Below the pieces are notes generated by a model. It worked only from the letters and a program-made list of their open reading frames with translations, was not told where the DNA came from and did not search any database. The translations under genes and the position numbers were made by a program. This document shows, one piece after another, positions 1-12,974 of a stretch of 64,000 bases of DNA. The DNA is from Octopus vulgaris (lineage: Eukaryota): the NCBI GenBank assembly GCA_951406725.2, contig OX597814.1, positions 163,308,001 to 163,372,000 on the forward strand. The letters run 5' to 3'. How positions within the stretch are numbered: position 1 is the first letter of the stretch; each line of letters begins with the position of its first letter.

Positions 1-164
1 TAAAAATGCATAAAAATCAGTACTTGAAGAAAAATAATAGTACTCTATATCTCCAAAAATTATATAGCAAAGTTCATTATTTTGACTCGTTTGTATGCCA
101 TAGGGCTAAATTTGTATTTGCTGGAGATGCATGTGGGAAAATTGTAAGTAAATTTACTTGCATA

Positions 165-939
165 CTGTATATATTCCTGGATAGGTTGCACCCTTAGTTT
201 GGGGTTGTCAAAATATGTATTTGTAGTTGACTCGCAGATAGGTTGCATTATAATTTGGTGGGTTACATCGCCCTTTTTTAATGTAAATATAACTAATGCC
301 ATGGCTGTGTGATAAGAAGCTTGCTTCCCAACCACATGGTTCTGGGTTCAGTCCCACTGTGTGGCACCTCAAGCAAGTGTCTTCTACTATAGCTTCTGGC
401 CAACCAAAGCCTTGTGAGTGGATTTGGTTGATGGAAACTGAAAAAAAGCCCATCGCATATATATATATATGTAAATATTTGTGCGTCTGTGTTTGTCCCC
501 CACTACGACCACCACTATTGCTTGACAACCGATGCTGGTGTGTTTATGTCCCCATAACTTAGCGGTTCAGCAAAAGAGACTGATAGAATAAGTACTAGGC
601 TTACAAAGAATAAGTCCTGGGAGCAATATCTTCGACTAATGGTGATGCTCCAGCATGGCCACAGTCAAATGACTGAAGCAAGTAAAAGAAAGCAATAAGA
701 ATTTGAATCTATGTTGTCAAAAAGACAATACTCAAACTTCCAGTTTCTACGTTCTAGTAAACAGATGTCAAAAAAAATGTTTCCATAGCAACTTGGAAAC
801 TGAAAAGCCCAGGCCCAGGGTACGCACCTGGACTACTGAGACGCCACTGTCTACTTCAGATCCCTGAGATGTTTGCACCTCTGATTTTTATTGAAATTTT
901 TGATTAAAAAATGTGTGACCTATCTGCGAGTATATACAG
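165..939. mobile_element. Non-autonomous Tc1/mariner-superfamily (pogo/Tigger-like) TIR element, interrupted by a SINE
   Basis: Imperfect TIRs ctgtatatattcctggatagg (165) / cctatctgcgagtatatacag (939), each flanked by TA. Confidence 0.55.
297..700 (+). mobile_element. tRNA-derived SINE, family A (internal (TA)n(TG)n, gagtaaaa-like tail)
   Basis: Pol III A/B-box-like head (tggctgtgtgataag ... gggttcagtccc), ggcacctcaagcaagtgtc core; more than 10 related copies in the window. Confidence 0.85.
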
Positions 940-1227
940 TATGTCTAGTAAACATACATTTAGCCTTGGTCTGCAAATAAATCTCATCATTAAGCCACTG
1001 CGCCCCTCTCTGCAGAAAGAACAGAGAAACAACTTGACTAGTTTCACCTGGTTATTATTACTGATTCATTAAAAGTATTTACTTCACTTGTCATTCAGAG
1101 TGAGAGATAGGTGCTAGTTTACAACTACCTACCAGAAAGGTGATAAGCAGCACTCTATTTACAAATTTTCATACAAGTACGTTCGTTGGGAATGAATATT
1201 AATTAGCTACAGTACTGAGACAGTATA

Positions 1228-1446
1228 GCGGGCAGAATCGTTAGCATGCCGGGCGAAATGCTTAGCAGTATTTCGTCTGCCGCTATGTTCAAAATTCTGC
1301 TGAGGTCGACTTTGCCTTTCATCCTTTCGGGATCAATTAAATAAGTACCAGTTACACACTGGGGTCGATGTAATCGACTTAATCCATTTGTCTGTCCTTG
1401 TTTATCCCCTCTATGTGTAATCCCTTGTGGGCAGTAAAGAAATAAG
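1228..1446 (+). mobile_element. tRNA-derived SINE, family B
   Basis: ggcagaatcgttagc ... gttcaaaattc head; central gactttgcctttcatcctttcggg..taagtaccag motif (resembles the Deu/Nin SINE domain); about 11 copies in the window. Confidence 0.85.
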
Positions 1447-2371
1447 TGTGTTTATACACAGCAAAATAGTTACTGCATTGTGAACATTGTTGCACCTGAT
1501 CCTGATTTGATACAGTGGTTGTGTGGCTCCTAGGGCCATCATTGTTGATGGAAATGATACTGTGAAAAAACTCACAATATTACTGTTTTTTAGCATAGGA
1601 GATTGTTTGCTGGCTGTAGCAATAGGTTATGAAGTTCACACAAGTCCCAGCTCATCAGAACTTATTGGGATGCTGTCACTGAGTATGAGAGAGGTCAATT
1701 TGCAGTAGCTTGTACATTCATTCCTGCACATAGTTTATTTCAAATAGATATACAAATATCCAACAAATGTATTCAATAAAGAAAAAATATATGTATGTAG
1801 TTATTCTTCTGTCTATTTAAGCCAGTATGGTATGGCCCTGCTAGGTCACTGTCATTGGTATTTAGTGACTGATGTAGCTTGAGAATGCTTTTTTAGCATA
1901 TTTTGTTGCTTTTGGAATTCATGTAGGATCTGATGCAACAAAATGTCTAAGTGTTGTTTGTGTTGACATCTATTCCATGTACACTTCTTAAGAGGCACTT
2001 GCCAAGCTACATCAAGATGGTCAAACTGGGTAGCTGTATAAAATGTATAGAATCTATGGTATTGTGTTTTGCAGTTTTTAACCATTGCAATATGTACAGC
2101 CGAAGGAACACAGATGTATTTTTGTTTCAAACTTATTTTAGCTGCTTTATTCACTTTTTTCATTACCATGGAACAAAGTTCCGAAGTTGTTTGCTGTTCC
2201 ATTAGATTTAATTGGTTGCATTTCTAACAAAAATATAGATTATTTTATATATGATCGCATAAAACTATTCATTACCTTGAAAATGTTTATACAAAATGTC
2301 ATTTTCTATTTTTATTTTTTGCCTTTTGAATTACATAATTTGCTCATGGTTTATTGTTGTTTCTATTCTAG

Positions 2372-5240
2372 GGTAGTGATTCAAGTTTCAACTCAATTAC
2401 CTGAGTCTCGGTCATGCTCACCATATTTCCGAAAGGACCCAAATGATATCATTCAACAAGAATGCGGATCAGATCAATTAGCAATATCTAATTTCAAAGC
2501 TATATTACCTCCAGGACAAAACAATATATATATGGCATCATCCTCACCTAAATCGAACAATCAGAAGGTATCTTCTATTTCTCCCCCCTATCCTGTTTTA
2601 TTGGGACACCCAAGTTATTCATCTCTAAAATCTCAGCCACAAGGCAATAAACTACTGACTCTGTCTTCAAAAGCACCATCTCCTGGCTCCATTAATTCTT
2701 CATCACACAGTATTTCTCCTGTAAGAAATCCGTCTCCTGTTCAGCTTCAGCTTGTTACCAATAATAATAATTTATCATCATGTGAAAATGTTGCTTATGG
2801 TAACAATGTTTTGCAACTAAAACGAACACAATCTCCTGCCCTGATTCAAACACTTCTGCAAAATCGAGATCCTTCTCCAAATCAAAGACTGTCATCAACA
2901 ATAGTAAATGTTGCACCTGAAGGATTTCAACAAAAAATCTTAGTAACACCATCTGTATCACCAAACAGAGTTGTTGGTACAGATCAATCATGTGAAGGAT
3001 CTTCTACTATATTAATAACGGCCGATCCCAATCCTATTATTAATAAAGTAACACAACCTCAAGTGACATATGTGAAAACCACCCCAATTGCTGTATCATC
3101 ACCTGAGCCATCTCGCACTACACCAGTCACATATTCACAAATGCAACCAACTACCCAAGTGTTTTATATGAAATCAACATCTCCAAATATGCCTCAACTT
3201 TCATCTCAGTTACAAGTACAACCATTTCAAGGTATGCAAATTAAACAAGACCAACTTATTCTTAATTCAATAATTGTTAATAAGTCACAGACCACAACAG
3301 AAAAAGATGTAACATCATTACAAGGCTCACAGCCATTACTTTTATCTGTTCCCAAATCAACTGAACAAGAACAAACCATTCTGGGTAATGAATTAGAATT
3401 TCGGCAGCCAATTTATAATTCTTCATTAACTACATCTCAGCCTGCAACTTCTTCACTACCATCTTTGGATCGATTGACTCTACCAACTTGTCACTCAAAC
3501 GAAGATAAAACATTGTCAACAACTGTACAATCTGTATCTGCTATTTCACAGGCACCTATATTAGCTCAAAGACTTGCTGCTCCTTCTGTAAATAATACCA
3601 TATTTTCTAGTCAACTAACTTCTTCTAGGTTAGTCTTACCTTCTAGTGGTTCAGCAGTACTACCAACGGGTTTGGCAAATACTCCCAACATCCAGTTGAT
3701 ACCAACATCAACTAACTTAACGAATAATTCATCCCAGTTAAACATATTATCTGTTCAGAATAATAGACTTTCTGCTCTATCATCTTCAGAAAACTCATCT
3801 TTTTTGCAACATGTATCACCCACTCAGATTTCTTCCATGGAGAATGAGCCTAGAGGTAAGTTTTTGGTTTCAAATGCACCACTAAATGTTCAGCCTGCAA
3901 TGGTTACCTCAAACCCACAGTTAGCACCATCTATCACAGAACGTTTGCCTGTTAGTAATGCTTCTATGACTGGCAACACAGGTCTTATGGCTTCACAGTT
4001 GCACCCAACATTTGTTGACAGACTGTCAATGACAAACAAAGATAATGCTGTCACATATTCCACAGTTGTTGTTACAACTCCACAGTTTATTACAGCTCCT
4101 GCAAATACCATGAGAAGTGATTTGACTAATGTCTCAGCTGTAAAAAGTATTCTTGCTGCCCAGAATATATCTTCTAATTTAAATCCAGCTGCAAATAATT
4201 CTATCTTTAAAATTATTGCGCCACCAGTTGGAGTTAGTCAACAACCATCAACACAAGCTCCAAAATTAGTTTTAACTGAACCACCTGAGTCATCACTCCT
4301 TAACTCTTCACTAAATCAAAGATTTCAAGGTAATCAAACAGCCATGTTACTTAATACAAATAACTCTGGCCAGCATAATTTTGCACAAATTAAAGATAAT
4401 ATGCAACCTCAGATCATCTCACTTAATCCTGTTTCTTTTGAAATACCAGCTGAGTCATTTAGATTCATTGAAATGCAAGGTCAGCCATTAAAAACAACGT
4501 CAAGTAATATAATAAATAATACTGTGACTAACAACATTTCTGTTGATAAACCAATAAATATTGTTACTAGAACGGACTCTGGCAATGTAATGAACCCTTC
4601 AAATATTTTTGTTGTGTCTTCTGCCTCAGAAACGTCAGTGCAGTCATCAAACAGTGTTAGCACCAAGTCAAATGAGAATATAAATTCTGAACTCCAATCC
4701 ACATCTAAGTTGCCACCTTTGGAAAATAAATTATATGTTGAAGAGAACAATCCTTCTGTTACTCAAAAAGAAACTGCTTTTTCTTTCCGTGCATTACCAT
4801 TGAAAGATCCCCCAGCTGAACCTGTGAAACCAAAACGCCCTGTTAGGAAAAAAAATGATGATGATGATGTCAATCCATTTTTTGCTCATTTACGTGTTTC
4901 TTCAGCATCTCTTTCAAACCAAGGAGGTTTACCTCCTTTTAACACGCTTCAGACTACAAGTGAAGAGACTAAAACCAAACAGTCTTTCTCAGAAATTAAA
5001 AATATTTTACATAGTAAAACAGTTGATGATCAGACTAACTTTCAGTCAACTTCTCGTGGATCAAAAAAAAATACATTCAACCAATCTAATAATACTAAGG
5101 AAACATCGGACTCCTTAGATTCTTGTCTCAAAGCTAGTTCTAGTGATAATCAGTTGAATCAAAAGTATACTGATAAAGATAACCATACGGAAGAAGAGAA
5201 ATCATCAGAGATTGATGATAATTCAGAAAGGAAGCCCATT
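2372..5240 (+). CDS. Giant internal exon (2869 nt) encoding a Ser/Thr/Gln/Pro/Asn-rich low-complexity region; putative N-terminal part of the DNTTIP1 gene
   Basis: Part of the 1037-aa ORF 2187-5300. Polypyrimidine tract and AG acceptor end at 2371 (ttctattctag|G); donor CCCATT|gtaagt at 5241. It ends in phase 0, matching the next exon. First in-exon Met at 2532 (tatATGG). Basic patch PKRPVRKK followed by DDDD. Confidence 0.8.
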
Positions 5241-8200
5241 GTAAGTATATCCTCTTTTTTTTTTTTTTTTTTTTTTTTGATATTTTTGGTTTCCATGTAA
5301 ATGTAACACATCTGGAAATGTATTCAAATATTTCAGATTTCAGTTATTATCATGTCATCATTACTTGTTTTAATGCCAACTTTACTAGGTTGGCATGCAT
5401 AAGATGAAAGTTACTGAGTTTGTTTTTTTTTTCTATAGCTGGACGTTTTTCTTGTTGCTAACCCTTAATTTATTTGCAACTAAAGTACTATTTCTTCTAG
5501 TTCTCAATGGCCAGACATGTTCTCATGGCAGACTATAAACAAAGATACTGTCACATAGACTGTGGAATTGTTATCATCGTCATCATCATCATCATCATCA
5601 TCATTATCATCATCATCATCATTTAATATCCGTTTTCCATGCTGACATGGGTTGGACGGTTTGACTGAGGTTTGGAGAGCCAGCGGCTGCACCAGGCTCC
5701 GATTTGATCTGGCAATGTTTCTATAGCTGGATGCCTTTCCTAATGCCTACCACTCTGAGAGTGTAGTGGGTACTTTTTATGTGCCACCAGCACAGGAGCC
5801 AGTCAGTAGGTACTGGCATTGGCCACATTTGGATGGTGCTTTTGACATGCCACTGGCGTGGTGGGGCCAGTCAGGTGGTCCTGGCATTGATCATGTTCAG
5901 ATAGTGCTTTTTAAACACCATGAAGATGATGGGAAGACAAACACACATGTAATAAATTGTTACATACCTACACATGCTTGTATATCTATATGTGTGTGTG
6001 TCTGTGTATATAATTATATATATATAGGACAGGCTTCTACTGTATCTCTTTACCAATTCCACTCAAATGGCTATGGTCAACCTAAGATAATGTCATTAGA
6101 ATACACTCCACAATATCACACAGTGGTAATAAACTCAAACATGGCCATGTGGTTAAAGCCAAAAGCTTTAACCACATGGCCATGCCTGATTTAAGGATAT
6201 TTAAGTTGATATTCAGCATTTATGTAAATGGTTATTATGATTTTCTGTTTGACTAACAGAATTAGAAAAGAAATCCCATGTGTGGAAACAGAATCTGGAA
6301 TAAAAAAATCTTAAAGTTAGTATAGCAAAGACCAAGGTCCTAGCATGCAAGAAATGAGAAAGGATCCCTTCACCCTTTTGGTAAATGTCCCTGCTCATAT
6401 GTAGGAAAGGAGTAGGCAGAAATTCCATTCGGTGTACCTAGTGCAAGCTATAGACATGTAAGCGGTGCAGCGGAATAGTAGGAAGGTTAAGAGAAAAAGT
6501 AGTGTTTTCTCTATGGAAGGTGTACAGCAGCCATAAAGGCCACAGATACATGGGAAACTGATTTCTTCAAATGTCCTGGGGGCTCTCTGCAAATTATAGG
6601 TAATTTTTGCTACCTCGCTGACCTAATTTGCCATGGTGGTGGTTGTACAGAAAGCATGATTGCTAGAATAAGAATGGGATGCAGAAAGTTCAGAGAGCTT
6701 TTACCTCTGTTGCCAACCAAAGGTCTCTCCAAGTGAAAGGAAGACTATATGATGCATGTGTACAAACTGCAATGCTACATGGCAGTGAGACATGGACTCT
6801 GAATGCAGAGGATAGATGAAGATTATAGAGGAATGGAAACTGATGTGCTCCATTGGATGTGCTATGTCAGTGTACATGTGCAACAGAACACTAGTGTATT
6901 GAAAGAAATGTTAGGCATGAGTGAAATTATTATATGCAGTGTGCAAAACAGGTGACTGCACTGGTTTGATCATGTGAAGTGAATGGATGAAGCCAGTTGC
7001 ATAAATAAATGCCTATTACTTTAAGTGGAGGAAGTTTTGGAAGACATGGGATGAAGTATTGAAGGTGATCTCAAAATGAAGAAAATGACAAGACTGTGAT
7101 ATACAACACATTGCTGCTACACAAGAACACCTGCTCACTACAACAGAATTGATATCCTAAAACGAAGGGCTCACATAAAAAACATTGGTGTTGGTGCTGG
7201 TGTCATGTAATAAGCATTGGTGATGATGCTACATAAAAAAGCACTGGTACTGGTGCTACAGAAAAAACACAGATGATGGTGCCATGTAAAAAGCACCCAG
7301 TGTACTCTGGCATGAGGAAGGACATCCAGCTATAGAAACCAAACCAAATCAGGCTATGAAACCTGGTGCAGTCCCTGGCCTTGCGTATTCCTACCATGCT
7401 AGTATGGAAAATGACATTAAATGATGATGATGATGATGATTTACTGTTCTTTCTTTCAACCTTTGGTGCACTCATCCTTCAATTCACTAGAGTATTTTTC
7501 TTTAACATACAGTCTGTTTTGCATTGGGTATCCATAACTACAATTTTCTGCATTCAGTGGCCGATGACTTTCAAGTGGAATCATTTTCTCACCACAGTCT
7601 TTCATATGTTAACATTGTGTATCTATTAAATCATACACACCACATTCTTCTCTAATTATTGAAGATCCTCAATACTCATGGATCTATCTCCTGATGTGCA
7701 ACATTGCTGCACAAGTAAAACAAAATTCAAAATTTTAGTTAAAAGCGGTTCTGTAATGTAAACGTTAATGGTGCCGTATGCTTAAATCATGTGTGTTGTT
7801 AAACGTTTTTTGGCAGCAGTATTTCATCCAAATAACATTCCTGTAAAGATATAAAGTGTTAAAAAACACATTGAACTGCCCCAGAGATGAACAAGAACAT
7901 CAGATATTGATATTTCATTGCTATTTCTGTTTATTGATACCATATACTCGATATGCCCTCAAGACTAATTCAATATACAGATAGCATCAAATCTGTCTGC
8001 TGATGCAACAGTGCCACACAATTAATACAAAATTCAAATTTTGAGTTAGCAACAGTTCTATAATGAAAACACTGTCAATATCTGTCATTCCCGTTCACTT
8101 CCAGGGCAGTTTGCTTCACCTGGCTTTGAAATGTACTCTATATTGTTTAATACTCTACATCTTCAAAGGGACTTTCTCAGGGTGAAATACTGCAACCAAA

Positions 8201-11200
8201 AAGCATTTAACAACATACATTAAATAAATATGTAACATCAATAATATATATATATATATATCGATAAAAATGGTAAGACCACAAAAGAAAGAAAGAGACC
8301 TCAATATTATGTAAATAGAGGAATTTATCCGATGGCCGGATAACTGAAGAGATGGCAGTGTGGATTTCCACCTCGGCATCCGAAACTCAGAGTTTTATCA
8401 TGGCTATCGAATAATTGTCACATATTACATTTACAGATATATATATATATATATATTCAAATGTTAGTTTGTCAATGAAATAAGAAAGATTATTCAGTTC
8501 ATGATGTAGAGTACATTGTATATTCAAACTAAATTAATTCTTTTGTTGTAACTCAAGTGTCATGCCTTTGCAGTCATATATAGATGCCTAATTGAAGACT
8601 ATCATAGAAGATACTTGCTTAAGGTTCCATATAGTATGGTCAAACTTGAAACCATATGGTTAGATATTGAACTTCTTAACCACACAGCTATGCCTGCTGC
8701 CATATGTATGTGTGTGTTTACAAACCACACTTGGCTACACCTACGAACTGTCACCATTTGTGGCTGAACTGCAAACTGGTATGGGTTGGTGACAAGAAAG
8801 GGCATTGGACCGTAAAATCCTGCTTCAATTTTTTTCATGCTAGTGTGGATAAAGATAGATTAAGTGAAAACAACTTGTGTATATAATGTGTGTGTGTGTC
8901 TATATGTAGTTTGATATATGCACAGAGGAAAAAGTCCTAAGTACATGTAGCAGATTTTCTCCAATATTTGATGTGTTTCAACTATTTTATTCTGGTTTCA
9001 TTGTTGCATTCACATTTATCACTGTGATTTATTGATTATTGTTGTTTGAAAGTGTTTTCAAAATATATATTTTTTTATATGCTATCGGTCAGTTGGTTAG
9101 GTATCTGTATCTATAAATGAGGGTGGGGCAACACATAGCCATTGTTGGTAGGGCTGGGTGGTCAGTGTGGCAGCTTCATTGGGATTTCTAATATATACGT
9201 GTGTATGTATTAGTGTTTGTCCTCCCTCCACTGCTTGACAACCAGAGTTGGTTTGTTTATGTCCCCATAACTTAACAGTTCGGTAAAAGTACCAAACTAT
9301 TAACAAAATATAAGTACTGGGGTTGATTTGTTTGACTAAACCCTACAAGACAGTACCTCAGCATGGCTGCAGTCCAATGACTGATATAAGTAAAAGGTAA
9401 AAAATTAAATACGGCTTTGGCACTGCCAGATAATGCTACATATAAGATCTTATCCTGAAAGTTCTTTAGAAGATGCTTATTTTTGTGTTTACACTTCAAC
9501 ACCAATTCTTGAGTATTATTCAACATCTCAAGGCAGCAAGCTAGCAGAAACGTTAGCATGCTGGCCAAAATGCTTAGCATTACATTCTGAGTTCAAATTC
9601 CGCTGAGGTCGACTTTGCCTTTCATCTTTCTGGGGTCAATAAATTAAGTACCAGTTGCATACTGGGGTCGATCTAATCGACTGCCCCCACCCCTCACCCC
9701 CAAATATTTTTTCAGGCCTTGTGCCTAGAGTAGAAAAGACTATTCAGTGTCTTAAATGCTGCATAAAAACACATTTTTCAGTGAGGTTTACCTTTCTGCT
9801 TCTAATCACTTAGCCATGAAATGGAATCTGTTTCTGATCAGTCAGCAAACAGGAGCATTTTGTATTAAATGTATATTTGCACTCACATATGCATGCACAT
9901 CTTTATATGTTTGTTTGTGTGCATGTATATTAATTTACATGTACTTGATATTACAATACCAACATGCTGTCACCTTTTTGCATTCTTTTTTTTTTCTCTT
10001 TCTTACTTCTTTATTGCCCACAACAGTCTAAACATAGAGGGGACAAACAAGGACAGACAAAGAGACTAAGCCAATTAGATTGACCCCAGTGCGTAACTGG
10101 TACTTAATTTATCGACCCCAAAAGGATGAAAGGCAAAGTCGACCTCAGCGGAATTTGAACTCAGAACTTAACGGCAGACGAAAAGCCACTAAGCATTTCG
10201 TCTGGTGTGCTAACGTTTCTGCCAGCTCACCGCCCTTTTTTTCTCTTTCTGTCTGTCTCTCTCCCTCTTTCTTTCTCTCTCTCTCTCTGTCATATCCTTT
10301 CTCTATAATCAAGTAGATTTTGTATTTTTTGCTCATGGTATTGCATGATAACGGTAAGGTTTGAATTTGTGGCCAAGATGTGATCAGTAATTGACCACCT
10401 TAACATTAGATCTATGTTGAAAGATCACAGCTTGTAGAGGGGTACTATGTTGAAACAGACCTACTGAAGCCATACCAGTATGGAAAAGTAGATGAGAATT
10501 GAAGTTATTGACTTTTTAGATGTGTTAGGAATAAAAATATAAATACACAGTACAGCATATTAGTTTATTTAAAGCTTCATTTTTATCACTACTTACTTTA
10601 AACTTGATTTTCATATTTCAATTTAACACATCTTATTGTCTTGGATTTTGTTTAATTGTTATCCATAAGCTTTAACACTTTTTGTAAATATTTTGCACTG
10701 TTCTTGATACAAATTTCCTTTCAGGTTTCAATAAAATAAGTACCAGTTGAACACTGGGGTTGAAGTAATCGACATAACTCCTCCCCCAAAATTGCTAGCC
10801 TTGTACCAAAATTTGAAATCATTGTTATTATCATAATTTAGGCAGTGAACTGGCAGAATCATTAGTGTGCCAGGCAAAATGCTTAGCAGTATTTCATCCA
10901 TAGTCACATTCTAAGTAGAAATTCACTGAGATCAGCTTTTCATTTCATCCTTTCAGGGTCAATGAGCACTGGGGTGAATGGAGTCAACTTACCCTCTCCC
11001 CCAGAATTGCTGGTATTGTGCCAGAATTTGAAACCATTATTATTATTTTTGTGGCAAATTTTAGAATTCTGAGTCCATTATGAAGATTGACCTACCACCT
11101 TCCTTTGGCCAATAAGGGTAGTCAGTTTGTATCTGCCTGGTAACCTTAGTAAAACAAGTTGTATGGTGGATTACACAGAAAGGGCTGACAACAAACACCT

Positions 11201-11745
11201 TCCTCTTTAGCCAAGTCCTCATCGATGTTTTCATTTGAAAAGGAAAATGAGGGCAGAGAGAGAAATGCTGCTACCCAGTAAATTTGTTGATAAGTGGATG
11301 TGAGTGGTTAGCATGGTCTTTGTGAATGGGCCTTCTCTGGGCATGCACCTTTAGATTGGAGAGAGACAGCTGAAGAGAAAGTATTTTGCTTTAGTGGTCA
11401 CAGATAGCCCTTGTATTTGTTTCATTTACACATATTTGATATAATCCCACACTGTATCATCCTCAATCTGTTTGGGAACCCTTATGGTTACTCTTTACTC
11501 TTTTACTTGTTTCAATCATTTGACTGCAGCCATACTGGAACACCACCTTTAGTTGAGCAAATCGACCCCAGGACTTATTCTTTGGAAGCCTAGTACTTAT
11601 TCTATCGGTCTCTTTTGCCGAACCACTAAGTTACAGGGACGCAAACACACCAGCATCGGTTGTCAAGCGATGTTGTGGGGGACAAACACAGACACACACA
11701 TATATATACATATTATATATATAAATATAAATATATACATATTAT

Positions 11746-11793
<48 letters not shown>

Positions 11794-12926
11794 TACGATG
11801 GGCTTCTTTCAGTTTCCGTCTACCAAAACCCACTCACAAGGCTTTGGTCGGCCCGAGGCTATAGTAGGAGACACTTGCCCAAGGTGTCAGAACCATGTGG
11901 TTGGTAAGCAAGCTACTTACCACACAGCCACTCCTGCGCCTATAAAAGAATTATTAAGGAATGCATTATTATTACCAAAGCAACAATGTTTTTACATTCA
12001 GTTTTTTAAATTATCATGCTATGAGAAAATCTTAGCCCATGTGACTACCAGAATGTTCTTTCTAACCTTTTCATTACTGAATTTTTGTTGAAATACACTG
12101 CCTTTGTTTCAATCAATTTTTATAATAATGAAAGTAACTTCATCATAATTGAGCTGGTCATTTGGAACATAAATTTATATGAAATTTTGATGTAAGGTTT
12201 TAATTTAGATTGTTTTAAATAGGAAGTTTGTGTCATAGAATCAGGAGCAGTCTCATGCGGGTTAAGATTGAGTGTTGGCACTAGTTTATATTTAATATCT
12301 TCCTCACTGATATTATGTATATATATAGACAAAGGATACGTGATATCTTGCCGCATTCAAGAAGGTCCATACTCTGCAGCAGAAGTGTTAAGACTAATCC
12401 TTCATGGCGGTACCATGTAAAAGCGCCCATGCGATACCACATAAAAGCATACTCTGTAAAGTGGTTGGCATTAGGAAGGGCATCTAGCCATAGAAGCCAT
12501 GCCAAATCAGACTGGAGTCTGTTGCAATACCCCAGCTTGCCAGCTGTGGTTACACCATCCGACTCATGTTACCATTAACAACAGACGTTAAATGGTGATG
12601 GTGATGATATATACACATATACATATATATATATATAATAATGAGGGTCTTTGCAACAAGTTGCAAGACCACATACCAAAAGTATATAATGAGTTACAAA
12701 TACTGTTGTCTGTGGGGACATATTTTTGTAGTAAAAGAAATAACTCCTCTGGTTGCTATTTCTAATACTTTCAGTATGTGGTCTAGCAACTTGTTGCAAA
12801 GACCCTCATTGTTATAATTATATATAATTTTACCGAATATGGTCCTTTTCCATATCGAAATACTACTTGGTGAAATTTGTTGATTTTATTAAATTAATTA
12901 TATTTCACCCTTTATCTGTATGTATG

Positions 12927-12974
<48 letters not shown>

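Noticed and set aside
297-370. tRNA-like sequence at SINE heads (many copies)
   Set aside because: Only A/B-box remnants fused to SINE bodies; no complete cloverleaf, so not tRNA genes.
2187-2371. N-terminal 62 codons of the 1037-aa ORF (and its FFFFFF end at 5241-5300)
   Set aside because: F/Y/I-rich translation of T-rich intron sequence outside the splice acceptor (2371) and donor (5241); not considered coding.
7685-8075. Two degenerate ~80-bp direct repeats about 310 bp apart (ctgatg..caaaattcaaa..gttct.taatg)
   Set aside because: Too diverged and AT-rich to assign; probably an old repeat remnant.
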